Source: Ignavibacteriota bacterium
GTDB lineage: Bacteria; Bacteroidota; Ignavibacteria; UBA10030; CAVZMI01
Assembly (NCBI GenBank): GCA_963776275.1
Contig: CAVZMI010000020.1
Span: 1-64,000 of the forward strand
Direction: 5' to 3'
Length of the DNA: 64,000 bases
The notes below the pieces were generated by a model that saw nothing but the letters and a program-made list of their open reading frames with translations, was not told the DNA's origin and did not search any database. Every line of letters begins with the position of its first letter. Positions within the stretch are counted from its first letter, which is position 1. The translations under genes were made by a program, and so were the position numbers. Below are positions 20,672 to 30,934 of the stretch, one piece after another.

Positions 20672-22090
20672 TTATTTTATCCTCTCCGCGGAAAGCAAAT
20701 TGCCTTCGGCATCAATTATCGTGACGGAACCGAATTTTTTTAATAATGATTCAACTGCTTTTGCATCTCCAGCGATAATTATTGCCAACGTATCAGGGTG
20801 AAAATATTTTTCTGCCATGTCCTGAAGATCGATTGCAGTAATCGCTGCAACATTTTCGTTGAGTTTGGAATAAAATGTTTTCGGAAGACCATAAAGCTCA
20901 ATACTTATAGCCCGGGATGCAATCTGGCTCGGCGTTTCAATCTGCAATGGCAAGGATCCAATAATATAGCTTTTGACTGTCGATAGCTCACTTTCGTCAA
21001 TTCGCTCAGTGCGTACACGTCGCATCTCATATAGAATCTCGGAGATAGCCGAATCAGTGACTTCATTTCGAACATCAACTGAAACGGAAAAAGGCCCTTC
21101 ATACTGCCTTGCATCAAACGACGAATTTGCCGCATAGGTGTAGCCGTGAGCCTCCCGTAGATTCTGATTGATACGTGATTGGAAATATCCCCCAAAAAGT
21201 GTGTTCAGAACATACGCACGAATATAATCACCGCTCTTTCGTGCAATTCCAACATGTCCCATACGAATTGCAGATTGCACCGCTCCAGGCTTATCAACAA
21301 CCACGACTTGCGTTGTTCTCATCGGTGAAATTTCTGGAAATCGTGTTGGAAAAATATCCTTCCTCTTCCATTTTTCAAACATCATCTGTACTCTGTCAAC
21401 AGCCTCTGCAGGTGAAATATCTCCTGCTATTGCGAGAATCGCATTATTAGGAACAAAGGCTGTAGAATGAAATTGCACAAGATCATCACGGTGCAGTTCA
21501 GTGAGAGATTTTTTTGTGCCGAGTATCTGCCGTGCATAGGGATGGGAGTCGTATACTGTCTCTACAAAGGCGCGATCCGCCAAGAAACCGGGATCATCTT
21601 TTTTCTGTAGAAGCGTCGCAATCCTTTGATTCCGGATCCGATCGATTTCTTCATGCGGAAATGTCGGATGAAGTGCAATATCCTCCATGAGACACAACCC
21701 TGTATCAAGATGTTCCCGGAGAATATTAAGAGTCACGAAATTCGCATCCCAATCAGAACCGGAGGCAAGCTGACCGCCCACGAAATCGATTTCTTCGGCG
21801 ATCTCTCTCGCGGTGCGGGACGCAGTTCCCTTGGTGAGTAATTCACCTGTCATACTTGCCAGACCCGGAAGACTCCCATCATATAACGATCCATTCCGAA
21901 TAACAAGCCGAAGCGAGACAATCGGTAGGGAGTGATGTTCAATTACCAGCAGCCGTAGACCGTTTTCTATTGTTGTCTCGAAATACTGGGGGAACGCCGT
22001 CGCCTTAGGAATACCGGGCATTGGAGGAACACTCTGATATGCGCCTCCTTTCAATAGCTGTCCTCCACCACAATCTTCCAGTAACATCAT
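20672..22090 (-). CDS. M16 family peptidase, non-catalytic subunit
   Basis: [31 protein letters not shown]; lacks HxxEH. Confidence 0.88.
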   Translation of the reverse strand: MMLLEDCGGGQLLKGGAYQSVPPMPGIPKATAFPQYFETTIENGLRLLVIEHHSLPIVSLRLVIRNGSLYDGSLPGLASMTGELLTKGTASRTAREIAEEIDFVGGQLASGSDWDANFVTLNILREHLDTGLCLMEDIALHPTFPHEEIDRIRNQRIATLLQKKDDPGFLADRAFVETVYDSHPYARQILGTKKSLTELHRDDLVQFHSTAFVPNNAILAIAGDISPAEAVDRVQMMFEKWKRKDIFPTRFPEISPMRTTQVVVVDKPGAVQSAIRMGHVGIARKSGDYIRAYVLNTLFGGYFQSRINQNLREAHGYTYAANSSFDARQYEGPFSVSVDVRNEVTDSAISEILYEMRRVRTERIDESELSTVKSYIIGSLPLQIETPSQIASRAISIELYGLPKTFYSKLNENVAAITAIDLQDMAEKYFHPDTLAIIIAGDAKAVESLLKKFGSVTIIDAEGNLLSAERIK

Positions 22091-22100
22091 ATAGAGCTCA

Positions 22101-23387
22101 TTATTTCGGGAGATAATATATTACTGTTCGATTATTCTTCGATAGATATTTTTGAGCAACCCGTTGTAGATTGTCAATCTTTACCGTCGTAAAACGATTG
22201 ATTTCTGTATTTATCAGTGCAGTGGAACCACGGATAATTGCATAGTGTGCCAGGAGATCGGCTTTCTGATCAGCGCGTTGTTTTCCAAATGTTATTGTGG
22301 CCTTGACCTGATTTTTTACTTTTTGGAGCTCGTGTTCATTCACCGGTCGCGCAATGATAAGATCGAGTTCGGAAAGGACTTCATTTTCAAGGGATTCAGC
22401 AGTGGTTGAGCTCATGGCCGTTGCCGATATCCAGAATAATCCCGGATGTTCGAGGTTGTATACATAACTTGTCACATCCTGGGCAATTTTCTTTTCATAA
22501 ACAAGTTTCTGATATAAACGGGAGCTTTCTCCATTTGTTAGAATATCGGAAAGTAACGCCATAGCATAATAGTCCGGATGACCCTCTGCTGGAACATGGA
22601 ATGCCATATACACTGCGGGAAATTGTACATTGTCAACCACAATACCTCGCTCTTCCGAGGACTGGGTTGGTTCCACAATTGACAAACGTGGTACAGCGTT
22701 GGAACTTGAAGGAATTCCGGCAAAATATCGATTAACCATTGCTGTCGTCTCTTCCAGGTCGAAATCGCCCGTAATCACAAGCGTCGCGTTATTTGGTGCA
22801 TAGTGGTGCTTGAAAAAATTTTTCACATCTTCCAATGAGGCACGGTCGAGGTGCTCCATCGAACCGATGATCGGCCAGCGATAGGGATGCACCGTATAGG
22901 CGTGGGCAAATACCTGTTCTTCAGCCGTACCATACGGCTGGTTCTCCACTCGCCATCGCCGTTCTTCTTTTACAACATTTCGTTGTGTTGCAAGACTTAT
23001 TTCTGTGATTGTCAGCTCTGTCATGCGGTCTGACTCCAGCCATAATGCCAATTCGAGCTGGTGTGATGGAAGGACTTCATAATAATTCGTTTTATCCCAT
23101 GACGTATAGGCATTGCTCCATCCTCCCGCTTTCGTGATGTACTCATCAAACTGGCCCCTCTTCACATTGATAGAGCCATCGAACATGAGATGCTCAAAGA
23201 GGTGTGCAAATCCCGTCCGCTCAGAATCTTCATTTTTTGATCCCACATGATAACAGACATCGACTGCAACAACCGGAACGTTGTGATCTTCATGCAAGAT
23301 AATATGGAGACCATTTTCAAGTGTATATTCGGTGAACTTGAGCTCACCCTGTTGCGGGGCAAGTGTCATTGGAAAGAATTGTTCCAT
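22101..23387 (-). CDS. M16 family zinc peptidase, catalytic subunit
   Basis: TGFAHLFEHLMF (HxxEH), LWLESDRM, HPYRWPIIG. Confidence 0.92.
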   Translation of the reverse strand: MEQFFPMTLAPQQGELKFTEYTLENGLHIILHEDHNVPVVAVDVCYHVGSKNEDSERTGFAHLFEHLMFDGSINVKRGQFDEYITKAGGWSNAYTSWDKTNYYEVLPSHQLELALWLESDRMTELTITEISLATQRNVVKEERRWRVENQPYGTAEEQVFAHAYTVHPYRWPIIGSMEHLDRASLEDVKNFFKHHYAPNNATLVITGDFDLEETTAMVNRYFAGIPSSSNAVPRLSIVEPTQSSEERGIVVDNVQFPAVYMAFHVPAEGHPDYYAMALLSDILTNGESSRLYQKLVYEKKIAQDVTSYVYNLEHPGLFWISATAMSSTTAESLENEVLSELDLIIARPVNEHELQKVKNQVKATITFGKQRADQKADLLAHYAIIRGSTALINTEINRFTTVKIDNLQRVAQKYLSKNNRTVIYYLPK

Positions 23388-23395
23388 AATGGACG

Positions 23396-24673
23396 CTACA
23401 GCCGGTTTTCCCAAGAAATACTCTTTTTCAATTCTTCAATCCAACGTTCGAAGAGTTTCGATTGTTTGTAGAGAAGAGCCTGGTGTTCGAGCCGCTTATA
23501 ATCGCTCTGGATATTCATTCGATGTTCCGGTATAGTTTCACGTACCAGAATGATGGCATACCCTTTAGTAGCCGATGTAAGTGTGAGGGGGATTGGCTGA
23601 CTTATTTCACCCGGTCCGAGTGTACTGATGGCTTGACGAAAGTCCGGTGTAAGTTGGTCGAGCAACACCTCCCCAATATCGCCACCGAATGATTTGGAAT
23701 CTTCGTCCTCAGAAAATTGCCGTGCGCAATCGGCGAATTTCTCGCCTGTGAGAATTTTTGATCGTATCCCGAGAAGTTTTACCTTGACCGAATCATCATC
23801 GGCTGCTGTTCGCTCAACCTTAATGAGAATATGGCGTGTATGAACCGCCTCGCCTTTCCGTTCAACGAGCTGGACAATATGAAATCCGAATTGAGTTTCA
23901 ACAAGATCCGAAATCTGGCCATCATGCAATCCAAATGCAGCCTCTTCGAATTCTTTTACAAAGCTTCCCCGTTTAGCCCACCCTAGATCGCCACCGTAAC
24001 GTGCCGAGCCATCTTGTGAATAGAGTTTTGCTAGATCCTGAAAGTCGGCCCCTTTTTTAAGACTATCAAGCAATAATTGCGCTTTCGCCCTTGCATGCAT
24101 CCTGGTGGTGTCGCTTGGCTTCGATGAGATGAAGATCTGGCTGAGCACGACCTGTTGAGGGACCATCGGAAGGCTATCTTTCAAGACTTGCACAAATTCT
24201 TCGATTTCATGTGGTGACACAGTGATTTCACCAAACTTCTTTTGCTGGAGCCGCTGTGAGAGCATTTGTTTCTTTATATCATCGCGTATTTCTCTTTTAA
24301 TCCGGTTTACCGGCATACCGTAGAGTTCTTCGACCCGTTGTTCCGTCCCATAGTTTGCAATAAGTCGGTTGATATTATCATCCAGCTGACGTGTCACTTC
24401 TTCGTCTGTGACAACGATGCTATCTTCAACTGCCTGTGCAAGGACGAGCTTGTCGGCTATCAATTGATCGAGGATTTGGTGCTTCAGCGCTTGATCCGAT
24501 GGATCAAGTTTATTCTGGAGGGCGTATTGCATGACCCGAAAATTCAACTCCGATTCCGTGATAATTTCCCGATCAACGACGGCAACTATTCGGTCAAGGA
24601 TTTGTTGTGCATACGCACCCGAGCTAAAGACAACGAGCATACATAAAAGAAAATAGCGTCCCATTATTTTCAT
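23396..24673 (-). CDS. surA: SurA-like peptidyl-prolyl isomerase/chaperone
   Basis: LDRIVAVVDREIITESEL SurA N-domain plus two rotamase domains (FQDLAKLYSQDGSARYGGDLG). Confidence 0.88.
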   Translation of the reverse strand: MKIMGRYFLLCMLVVFSSGAYAQQILDRIVAVVDREIITESELNFRVMQYALQNKLDPSDQALKHQILDQLIADKLVLAQAVEDSIVVTDEEVTRQLDDNINRLIANYGTEQRVEELYGMPVNRIKREIRDDIKKQMLSQRLQQKKFGEITVSPHEIEEFVQVLKDSLPMVPQQVVLSQIFISSKPSDTTRMHARAKAQLLLDSLKKGADFQDLAKLYSQDGSARYGGDLGWAKRGSFVKEFEEAAFGLHDGQISDLVETQFGFHIVQLVERKGEAVHTRHILIKVERTAADDDSVKVKLLGIRSKILTGEKFADCARQFSEDEDSKSFGGDIGEVLLDQLTPDFRQAISTLGPGEISQPIPLTLTSATKGYAIILVRETIPEHRMNIQSDYKRLEHQALLYKQSKLFERWIEELKKSISWENRL

Positions 24674-25536
24674 TGTTGTACCGGTTCTCCGGTTGGTGGG
24701 ATAGTGGATAAATTCATTCTTACCGCATTCTTTTTTCTCAGATCAGTCAATAACGAATCGACTCCCCGTTGGCGTTTTTCCATGATAATTCGCTGCCGAA
24801 TTTCGTTTCGTACGGATTCGAGAACAGCAATTTCACCCTTTGTCTGCTTCCCTTGAAGGTAGAGGACGTAAAATCCGACAGGTGTTTTGACGGGAAATGA
24901 AATTTCATATAGGTTCAGAGTCTGGAGTACTTTCCACAACTCAACCGGCGCGAGTGTCGATTGTGTAAAGAATTGCGATTCTGCCGATTCAAGAACGACT
25001 TTAGATTCTTTATTCCGCGCAAGGCGAGCAAGAGCTTCATTCCAGGGAGTTCCTCTCACCACTTCTGCCCGAAAGCTTGTCGCCGCATCACGATTGCCGA
25101 ACACCAGATAACTGAGCTTTATTTTATCCTCACCGAGAAGAAATTCCTGTTTATGTGAGTTGTAATATTGTTGTTCCTCCCCCGGCGAAACGCTGAGAGC
25201 CACCTTTTCATACACTTCCTTCTGAAGAAAAACATTAACAGCGAGCTGCCGTTTAATTTCCTGAAGCGGCTGGGTGACAGCGGGGACATCTTCGTACCCC
25301 CGATTTGCTGCTTCTTGATATAACAACTCGTTGTTTACCCAGTTTTGTGTTAGTTCTCGGACCTGCGGTTCGATTGCCGCGCTGGTATCAAGACGCTGGC
25401 GAAGCATTTCGTACGTAAGAACACTGTTATTGACTTTCGCGATATACTGTCCTTCAGTCCTATCACCGCCGCATCCCCAGACATAGAGTACGGCACCAAG
25501 AAGAATTCCATATAAACCAAATGAAGGATTTTTCAT
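24670..25536 (-). CDS. PpiC-type foldase lipoprotein
   Basis: Lipobox-like VWGC, IAKVNNSVLT, ISFPVKTPVGFYVL. Confidence 0.75.
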   Translation of the reverse strand: MKNPSFGLYGILLGAVLYVWGCGGDRTEGQYIAKVNNSVLTYEMLRQRLDTSAAIEPQVRELTQNWVNNELLYQEAANRGYEDVPAVTQPLQEIKRQLAVNVFLQKEVYEKVALSVSPGEEQQYYNSHKQEFLLGEDKIKLSYLVFGNRDAATSFRAEVVRGTPWNEALARLARNKESKVVLESAESQFFTQSTLAPVELWKVLQTLNLYEISFPVKTPVGFYVLYLQGKQTKGEIAVLESVRNEIRQRIIMEKRQRGVDSLLTDLRKKNAVRMNLSTIPPTGEPVQQ

Positions 25537-25545
25537 GATCGTTCC

Positions 25546-27579
25546 TTACTTTTTCGAATACTTTTCTGCAAATACTTTCTCATAAATTTTCACCGGTGTT
25601 TTTTTCTTCAACTCTTTTATCCAAGCCGCATTGATCTTTTTTGTAATAATATCCTGATACGGTGTAGTTACTTCAGAAGAAGCTTCTTCAAAAGTTTTTT
25701 CCCGCGCAGGATCTTTTGCATGAACCTTGATAATGGAAAAAACTGAGCCATTTTTAAACGGCTTTTGGCTCACGGTACCCACATCCATCGCATATGCTTC
25801 CTGAGCGAGTCGATTCCCCGTTGTATCGGTCATCCCATATCGTCCCAGCTTCTTTCTCATCCCAACACGGATTGAATGGCGGACAACAATCGAATCGAAT
25901 TCCACACCTGACTTGATAGAATCGATCAGAACCTTCGTAAGAGAATCGTTTGACACGGCAATCTCACTGAAATCTACTCGATCCCCAAACCGGTATTCAG
26001 ACCGGTGTTTTTTATAGTATGTATGAAGATCTGAATCCTTGATGACGACTTTCGTCCATACATTCTCCTGATCGAGTTTATAGATCATCAACCCCTCACG
26101 ATATTCCTTCATGATGCTGGTAAATTCGGGTGATTCATCTTCCAGATTTCGTGCCGTGTAACCGAGAACATAGTTCTCAAGGACTCTCGCCGCTATATCT
26201 TTTATCCGCAACGTCTTCAAAGGAACATTCTTGATCTCTGTACCCGATTTTAAATATGATATAAACGTATCAAGCTCAATTTTCTTATCAGCAAATCTAT
26301 ATAGAATAAGCGAACGATCCGTGCTTGTGAGAAGACTATCCCAATTTACAGAGCTTGTAGTCTTTGAAGTATCGAGCTTCTGGAGAAATATCGTTATTGT
26401 TTTCTCGTCAATTTCAGCATTCAATTCCTTCTCCAATCGACTCATCATTTGACGGAGGTCGTCGGTATAGCGAGTTTTCTTATATATATCTCGGATACTT
26501 TCTTTCAGCTCGTCATAGGATCCAAGAGGACGCTCTCCTGTAATCTTCAAAATATGATATCCTGACCGGGATCGGACTACTTGTGATATATCGCCGACTT
26601 TCGAATTATAGATGAATTGATCAAATGTTGGGATTGTCCGTCGACGAGGTATAAAACCTATATCTCCGTTCTTAACAGTTGAGGCTGCATCTTCAGAAAC
26701 CTGCCGGGCCAGAGACCCAAAGTCTGCCCCTCTCATAACGCTATCGCGTAATGCCATAATCCGTTGGTACTTTTTCAGCGTATCCGCCGGTGTATCTTCT
26801 CGGGAAAGACCGATATAAATATGGCTCACACGACGTTCATTTGCTGCAGGACTCCGTCCGAATACTTTAATGATGTGATAGCCATACTCCGAACAGATTA
26901 CATTTTTTGAGATTTCCCCGTCATTCAACGCGTAACATTCATCCTCGACTTGAGGAAGCATAAAACCTGACGAGAATATACCCAAGTCACCGCCATTGAA
27001 CTTCGTAGATATATCCTCCGAATATTCCCTCGCGAGAGAATCGAAAGGAACACCTGCATGTGCCTGTGCAAGCACATCGAGTGCTTTTTGATATAATTTC
27101 AGTGTATCCTCAGGCGTCTGGTTCTTCTTTTTTGCGATATAAATATGGGCAGCATGAATCTCGATTTTTTTCCGGTCATAGAGCAATTTTGCACCCGGTT
27201 CGACCAAATACTTATCGATATAATACGAAGCTGCAATATTCTTTCTGTATTGACCCAGCTCATCGATGATCTCCCGATCGGTATCAAGATGCTGGCGGTA
27301 CACCTCCGCAAGCTTTACCCTATAATTGACGAGCATGTCGAGAAATTGACGGCGGTCGTTCACCGAAGTGCTGTCAATATTTTTCTTTGCCGGCATATTC
27401 GCATTTTTTGCGTACAAACGTTCAAATTCCGAAACAGTGATTTTATCTTTCCCAATTGTAGCCAGGATGGGGTCAGAATCTGTTTTCTGCTTCCCGGAAG
27501 CAACCTTCTGTGCGAAAGTTGAATCACAGAGAAGAAACACGAAAAGAACGAAGGGAAGAACATTCCAAAATCGAATCAT
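25546..27579 (-). CDS. Multi-domain PpiC-type peptidyl-prolyl isomerase
   Basis: FDSLAREYSED..GGDLG, FGSLARQVSED..GDIG, YGYHIIKV. Confidence 0.88.
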   Translation of the reverse strand: MIRFWNVLPFVLFVFLLCDSTFAQKVASGKQKTDSDPILATIGKDKITVSEFERLYAKNANMPAKKNIDSTSVNDRRQFLDMLVNYRVKLAEVYRQHLDTDREIIDELGQYRKNIAASYYIDKYLVEPGAKLLYDRKKIEIHAAHIYIAKKKNQTPEDTLKLYQKALDVLAQAHAGVPFDSLAREYSEDISTKFNGGDLGIFSSGFMLPQVEDECYALNDGEISKNVICSEYGYHIIKVFGRSPAANERRVSHIYIGLSREDTPADTLKKYQRIMALRDSVMRGADFGSLARQVSEDAASTVKNGDIGFIPRRRTIPTFDQFIYNSKVGDISQVVRSRSGYHILKITGERPLGSYDELKESIRDIYKKTRYTDDLRQMMSRLEKELNAEIDEKTITIFLQKLDTSKTTSSVNWDSLLTSTDRSLILYRFADKKIELDTFISYLKSGTEIKNVPLKTLRIKDIAARVLENYVLGYTARNLEDESPEFTSIMKEYREGLMIYKLDQENVWTKVVIKDSDLHTYYKKHRSEYRFGDRVDFSEIAVSNDSLTKVLIDSIKSGVEFDSIVVRHSIRVGMRKKLGRYGMTDTTGNRLAQEAYAMDVGTVSQKPFKNGSVFSIIKVHAKDPAREKTFEEASSEVTTPYQDIITKKINAAWIKELKKKTPVKIYEKVFAEKYSKK

Positions 27580-27786
27580 AGATTTTCTCCAGTACTTATT
27601 ACAATGTAAGTATATTTTATTAAGGCATTTATAGTAATAAAAAACCGAATGAAAATCAAGAAAATCCCATTTGTAATCCGACGACCGCAAGCAGCATAAG
27701 GTTTCTTGCATCGTAGACCATTTTCAGGTATATTAAAAATCACATTGTGTAATCCTATAACGCATTCATTACACGGCTGGGGTTCA

Positions 27787-28620
27787 TTGAAAAAATACTT
27801 CAATTTTGTCAAAATAGAACATACTCTTTTTTCGCTTCCGCTTATCTACGGCGGAGTTTTTCTTGCATCGCGCGATATTCCTCCTTGGCAAACGCTTGTC
27901 CTTGTTCTCACAGCAGCCACAGGAGCGCGTACAGCGGCATTTGCGATCAATAGAATTATTGACCGCCACAGCGATGCACGGAATCCCCGAACTTCTTTAC
28001 GCGATCTCCCCAGCGGCCGAATGACTCTGTGGGAAGCTTCGTGGGTTCTGTTCGCCGGTCTTATTCTCTACTTTGGATCATCATATTTAATCTCCACATT
28101 CTGTTTCACACTCTCTCCTATTCCACTGGTAATCTTTATCATCTATCCGACAATGAAATACTATACACCATTAGCCCATTTTGGAGTCGGCCTCGGACTG
28201 GCCATGGGACCACTTGGAGGTTGGTTTGCCATGAAAGGGTCTTTTGACCAGATCCTTACTCCTATCTTGCTTTCTCTCTTTACGCTTTTCTGGGTAGCCG
28301 GTTTTGATATTATCTATTCAACATTAGACGAGGAATTTGATAGGAAAGAATCACTTTATTCTTTCCCTGCGCGGTTCGGAAAGATTCGCGCTCTAAGATT
28401 TTCAGCATATTTTCATGCAATTGCATTCGGACTGCTTGTGTTATTATTCTTTCATTCTCTAGCTTCGCTTTTTGCCCTCCCACTGCTCCTTATGACAGGA
28501 TATCTTCTGTACCTTGAACAAAAGAAGGCGAACGATGTCGAAATGGCATTCTTTAAAATCAATGCCGTTGCCGGATTTTGTGTCTTTCTGATGATTGTTC
28601 TGGGAGTATGGATTCCATGA
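27787..28620 (+). CDS. ubiA: UbiA-family prenyltransferase of the futalosine pathway (MqnP)
   Basis: VKIEHTLFSLP, NRIIDRHSDARNPRT, WVAGFDIIYS..D.EFD. Confidence 0.9.
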   Translation: MKKYFNFVKIEHTLFSLPLIYGGVFLASRDIPPWQTLVLVLTAATGARTAAFAINRIIDRHSDARNPRTSLRDLPSGRMTLWEASWVLFAGLILYFGSSYLISTFCFTLSPIPLVIFIIYPTMKYYTPLAHFGVGLGLAMGPLGGWFAMKGSFDQILTPILLSLFTLFWVAGFDIIYSTLDEEFDRKESLYSFPARFGKIRALRFSAYFHAIAFGLLVLLFFHSLASLFALPLLLMTGYLLYLEQKKANDVEMAFFKINAVAGFCVFLMIVLGVWIP

Positions 28621-29168
28621 AAATTGTCGTCGGGATTACCGGTTCATCAGGGGCTGTCTATGCAGTTGAATTCCTCAAACGCTGTCCCGGAGATATATAC
28701 CTCGTAATGAGCAAATGGGGAAAAACCGTCATGAAAGATGAGATGAATTTGACTGAAAAGGATCTCGCGCCGTATGTCAAACGAATCTTTGTGAATGACG
28801 ACCTGAGCGCTCCTATTGCTTCCGGCTCTAATAAGATCGATGCAATGGTGATTATACCGGCATCGACATCGACAATCGGGAAAATCGCATCGGGAATCGG
28901 GGATTCACTGCTGACACGAGCTGCTCATGTCGCTCTGAAAGAACGATATACTCTGATTATCTGCGTACGCGAGACACCGCTATCAACAATCAACCTTGAA
29001 CAGCTTACACGTCTCTCTCATGCCGGTGCGATCATCATGCCTATCTCGCCGCCGCTGTACTTTCTACCAAAAACCGTTGATGAATACGTCCAGGGATTTG
29101 TCGACAGGGTACTTCATCAAATCGGTGCAAAATCGGCTAAAGGTTGGCGGAGCGAAGAGCTCGAATGA
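28617..29168 (+). CDS. ubiX: Flavin prenyltransferase
   Basis: IVVGITGSSG, APIASGS, RAAHVALKER, RETPL. Confidence 0.93.
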   Translation: MKIVVGITGSSGAVYAVEFLKRCPGDIYLVMSKWGKTVMKDEMNLTEKDLAPYVKRIFVNDDLSAPIASGSNKIDAMVIIPASTSTIGKIASGIGDSLLTRAAHVALKERYTLIICVRETPLSTINLEQLTRLSHAGAIIMPISPPLYFLPKTVDEYVQGFVDRVLHQIGAKSAKGWRSEELE

Positions 29169-30934
29169 AACCTCCGTTTCACACACTGCCCGATTTTCTG
29201 CACTATCTAGAATCTATCGGTGAACTGCAGCGGATTAGAGTAGAAGTCGATCCGGTTCTTGAGATCACGGAAATAGCCAGGCGTTCGCAGCTTGAAGGCA
29301 GACCGGTTCTTTTCTTTGAATGCGTCAAAGGCTCTCCCTACCCACTCGCAATCAACATCTTTTCGAGCGACCGGCTTATCGAGCTTGCACTCGGGAAACA
29401 TCCTCAGCAACTTGGCGAGGAATTGATCACGTTCATCGAAAAGATTATGCCGCTAACGCTGAGCACCCTCTTGAAATCCAGGAAGACGGTTGGGCGGTTA
29501 TACAACGCACGACCCGAACGAATAAAGAAAGCTCCTTCTCAAAATATCGTTGAAGACCCCAATCTGAATCAACTACCGATCCTGAAGTGCTGGCCCGGAG
29601 ATGGCGGACGTTTCATAACACTCCCCCAGGTTTTTACCTGCGATCCGCGCAGCGGTAAACGGAATGTCGGGATGTACAGGCTTCATGTGTTCGATCAATC
29701 AACAACAGGCATTCACTGGCAGATCCAGAAGGGGGGCGGTTTTCACTATTTCCAGGCCGAAAAGCTTGAACGGCCGCTCGAAGTCGCTGTTGCAATCGGA
29801 ACCGATCCCGCTTTTGTGCTTGCGACAATCGCTGCTCTTCCTGAAGGAATCGATGAGGTGATGTTTGCCGGCTTCCTTCGCAACTCACGCACACATATGA
29901 CGCGGGCAAAGACCCTTTCGATCGATGTCCCGGCCGAAGCGGAATTTATTCTCGAAGGAATTGTACAGCCTGAAGAACGAAGGAATGAAGGGCCTTTTGG
30001 CGATCATTTCGGACATTATTCCGCAGCAGCACCATTCCCGGTTTTTCATGTCCAGGCAGTCACTCACCGGAAAAATCCGATCTATGCTGCAACGGTCGTT
30101 GGCAAACCGCCAATGGAAGACAAATTCCTGGGTGACGCTACCCAGCAAATTCTTGGTCCGCTTGCAAAACTCCTTCAACCCGAGGTCATCGATCTGTGGG
30201 CTTATTATGAAGCCGGTTTTCATAATCTATTGGTGATTTCCGTTGAGCAGCGATACCAGAAAGAAGCGATGAAAACCGCACTTGGTCTTCTAGGAACACA
30301 GCAGCTGGCGTTAACGAAAGTCGCAATCACAGTCGGCGAACACATTAATCCCCGCGATTTCGATGCTGTCCTGAGAGAAATTCGGCGTAACTTCAACCCG
30401 CACTCCGATTTTCTCATGCTACCAAAGGTTCCGCTGGACACACTCGATTTTACCAGTTATAAAATGAATCTCGGCAGCAAAATGATCATAGATGCAACGC
30501 CAAAGCAGCGCGTGCCTGGAAGACAACCGAAACTGCGAATCACTTCTCAAAAGATCCGCGAGCTTGACCGACGAATCATCGATACCGTGATCCGGCAGGA
30601 TACGCTGGCAGTTGTGAAGGTGAAATACGAAGGAAAAAAAATCGTCGATAAACTTGTCCGGAATCCTCTTTGCCAGGAACTATCAATCATCGCTGCTGTC
30701 AGTGAAGATGTCGATCTCAAATCCGATGTCGATATGCTCTGGGGAATTTTTACACGATTCGATGCAGCACGCGATGTCGTTTTTACTTCATCAAGACTTG
30801 TTGGAATTGATCCGGTACATAAAGGAATCCTTGGTATTGACGCGACGTGGAAGGACGGATACCCCAAACCTCTCGCAATGAGCGAGAAAATAATGCGGCG
30901 TGTTGATCAACGATGGAATGAATATTGGATATAG
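29165..30934 (+). CDS. ubiD: UbiD-family decarboxylase (menaquinone biosynthesis)
   Basis: EVDPVLEITEI, CWPGDGGRFITLP, EGPFGDHFGHY, VGKPPMED. Confidence 0.93.
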   Translation: MKPPFHTLPDFLHYLESIGELQRIRVEVDPVLEITEIARRSQLEGRPVLFFECVKGSPYPLAINIFSSDRLIELALGKHPQQLGEELITFIEKIMPLTLSTLLKSRKTVGRLYNARPERIKKAPSQNIVEDPNLNQLPILKCWPGDGGRFITLPQVFTCDPRSGKRNVGMYRLHVFDQSTTGIHWQIQKGGGFHYFQAEKLERPLEVAVAIGTDPAFVLATIAALPEGIDEVMFAGFLRNSRTHMTRAKTLSIDVPAEAEFILEGIVQPEERRNEGPFGDHFGHYSAAAPFPVFHVQAVTHRKNPIYAATVVGKPPMEDKFLGDATQQILGPLAKLLQPEVIDLWAYYEAGFHNLLVISVEQRYQKEAMKTALGLLGTQQLALTKVAITVGEHINPRDFDAVLREIRRNFNPHSDFLMLPKVPLDTLDFTSYKMNLGSKMIIDATPKQRVPGRQPKLRITSQKIRELDRRIIDTVIRQDTLAVVKVKYEGKKIVDKLVRNPLCQELSIIAAVSEDVDLKSDVDMLWGIFTRFDAARDVVFTSSRLVGIDPVHKGILGIDATWKDGYPKPLAMSEKIMRRVDQRWNEYWI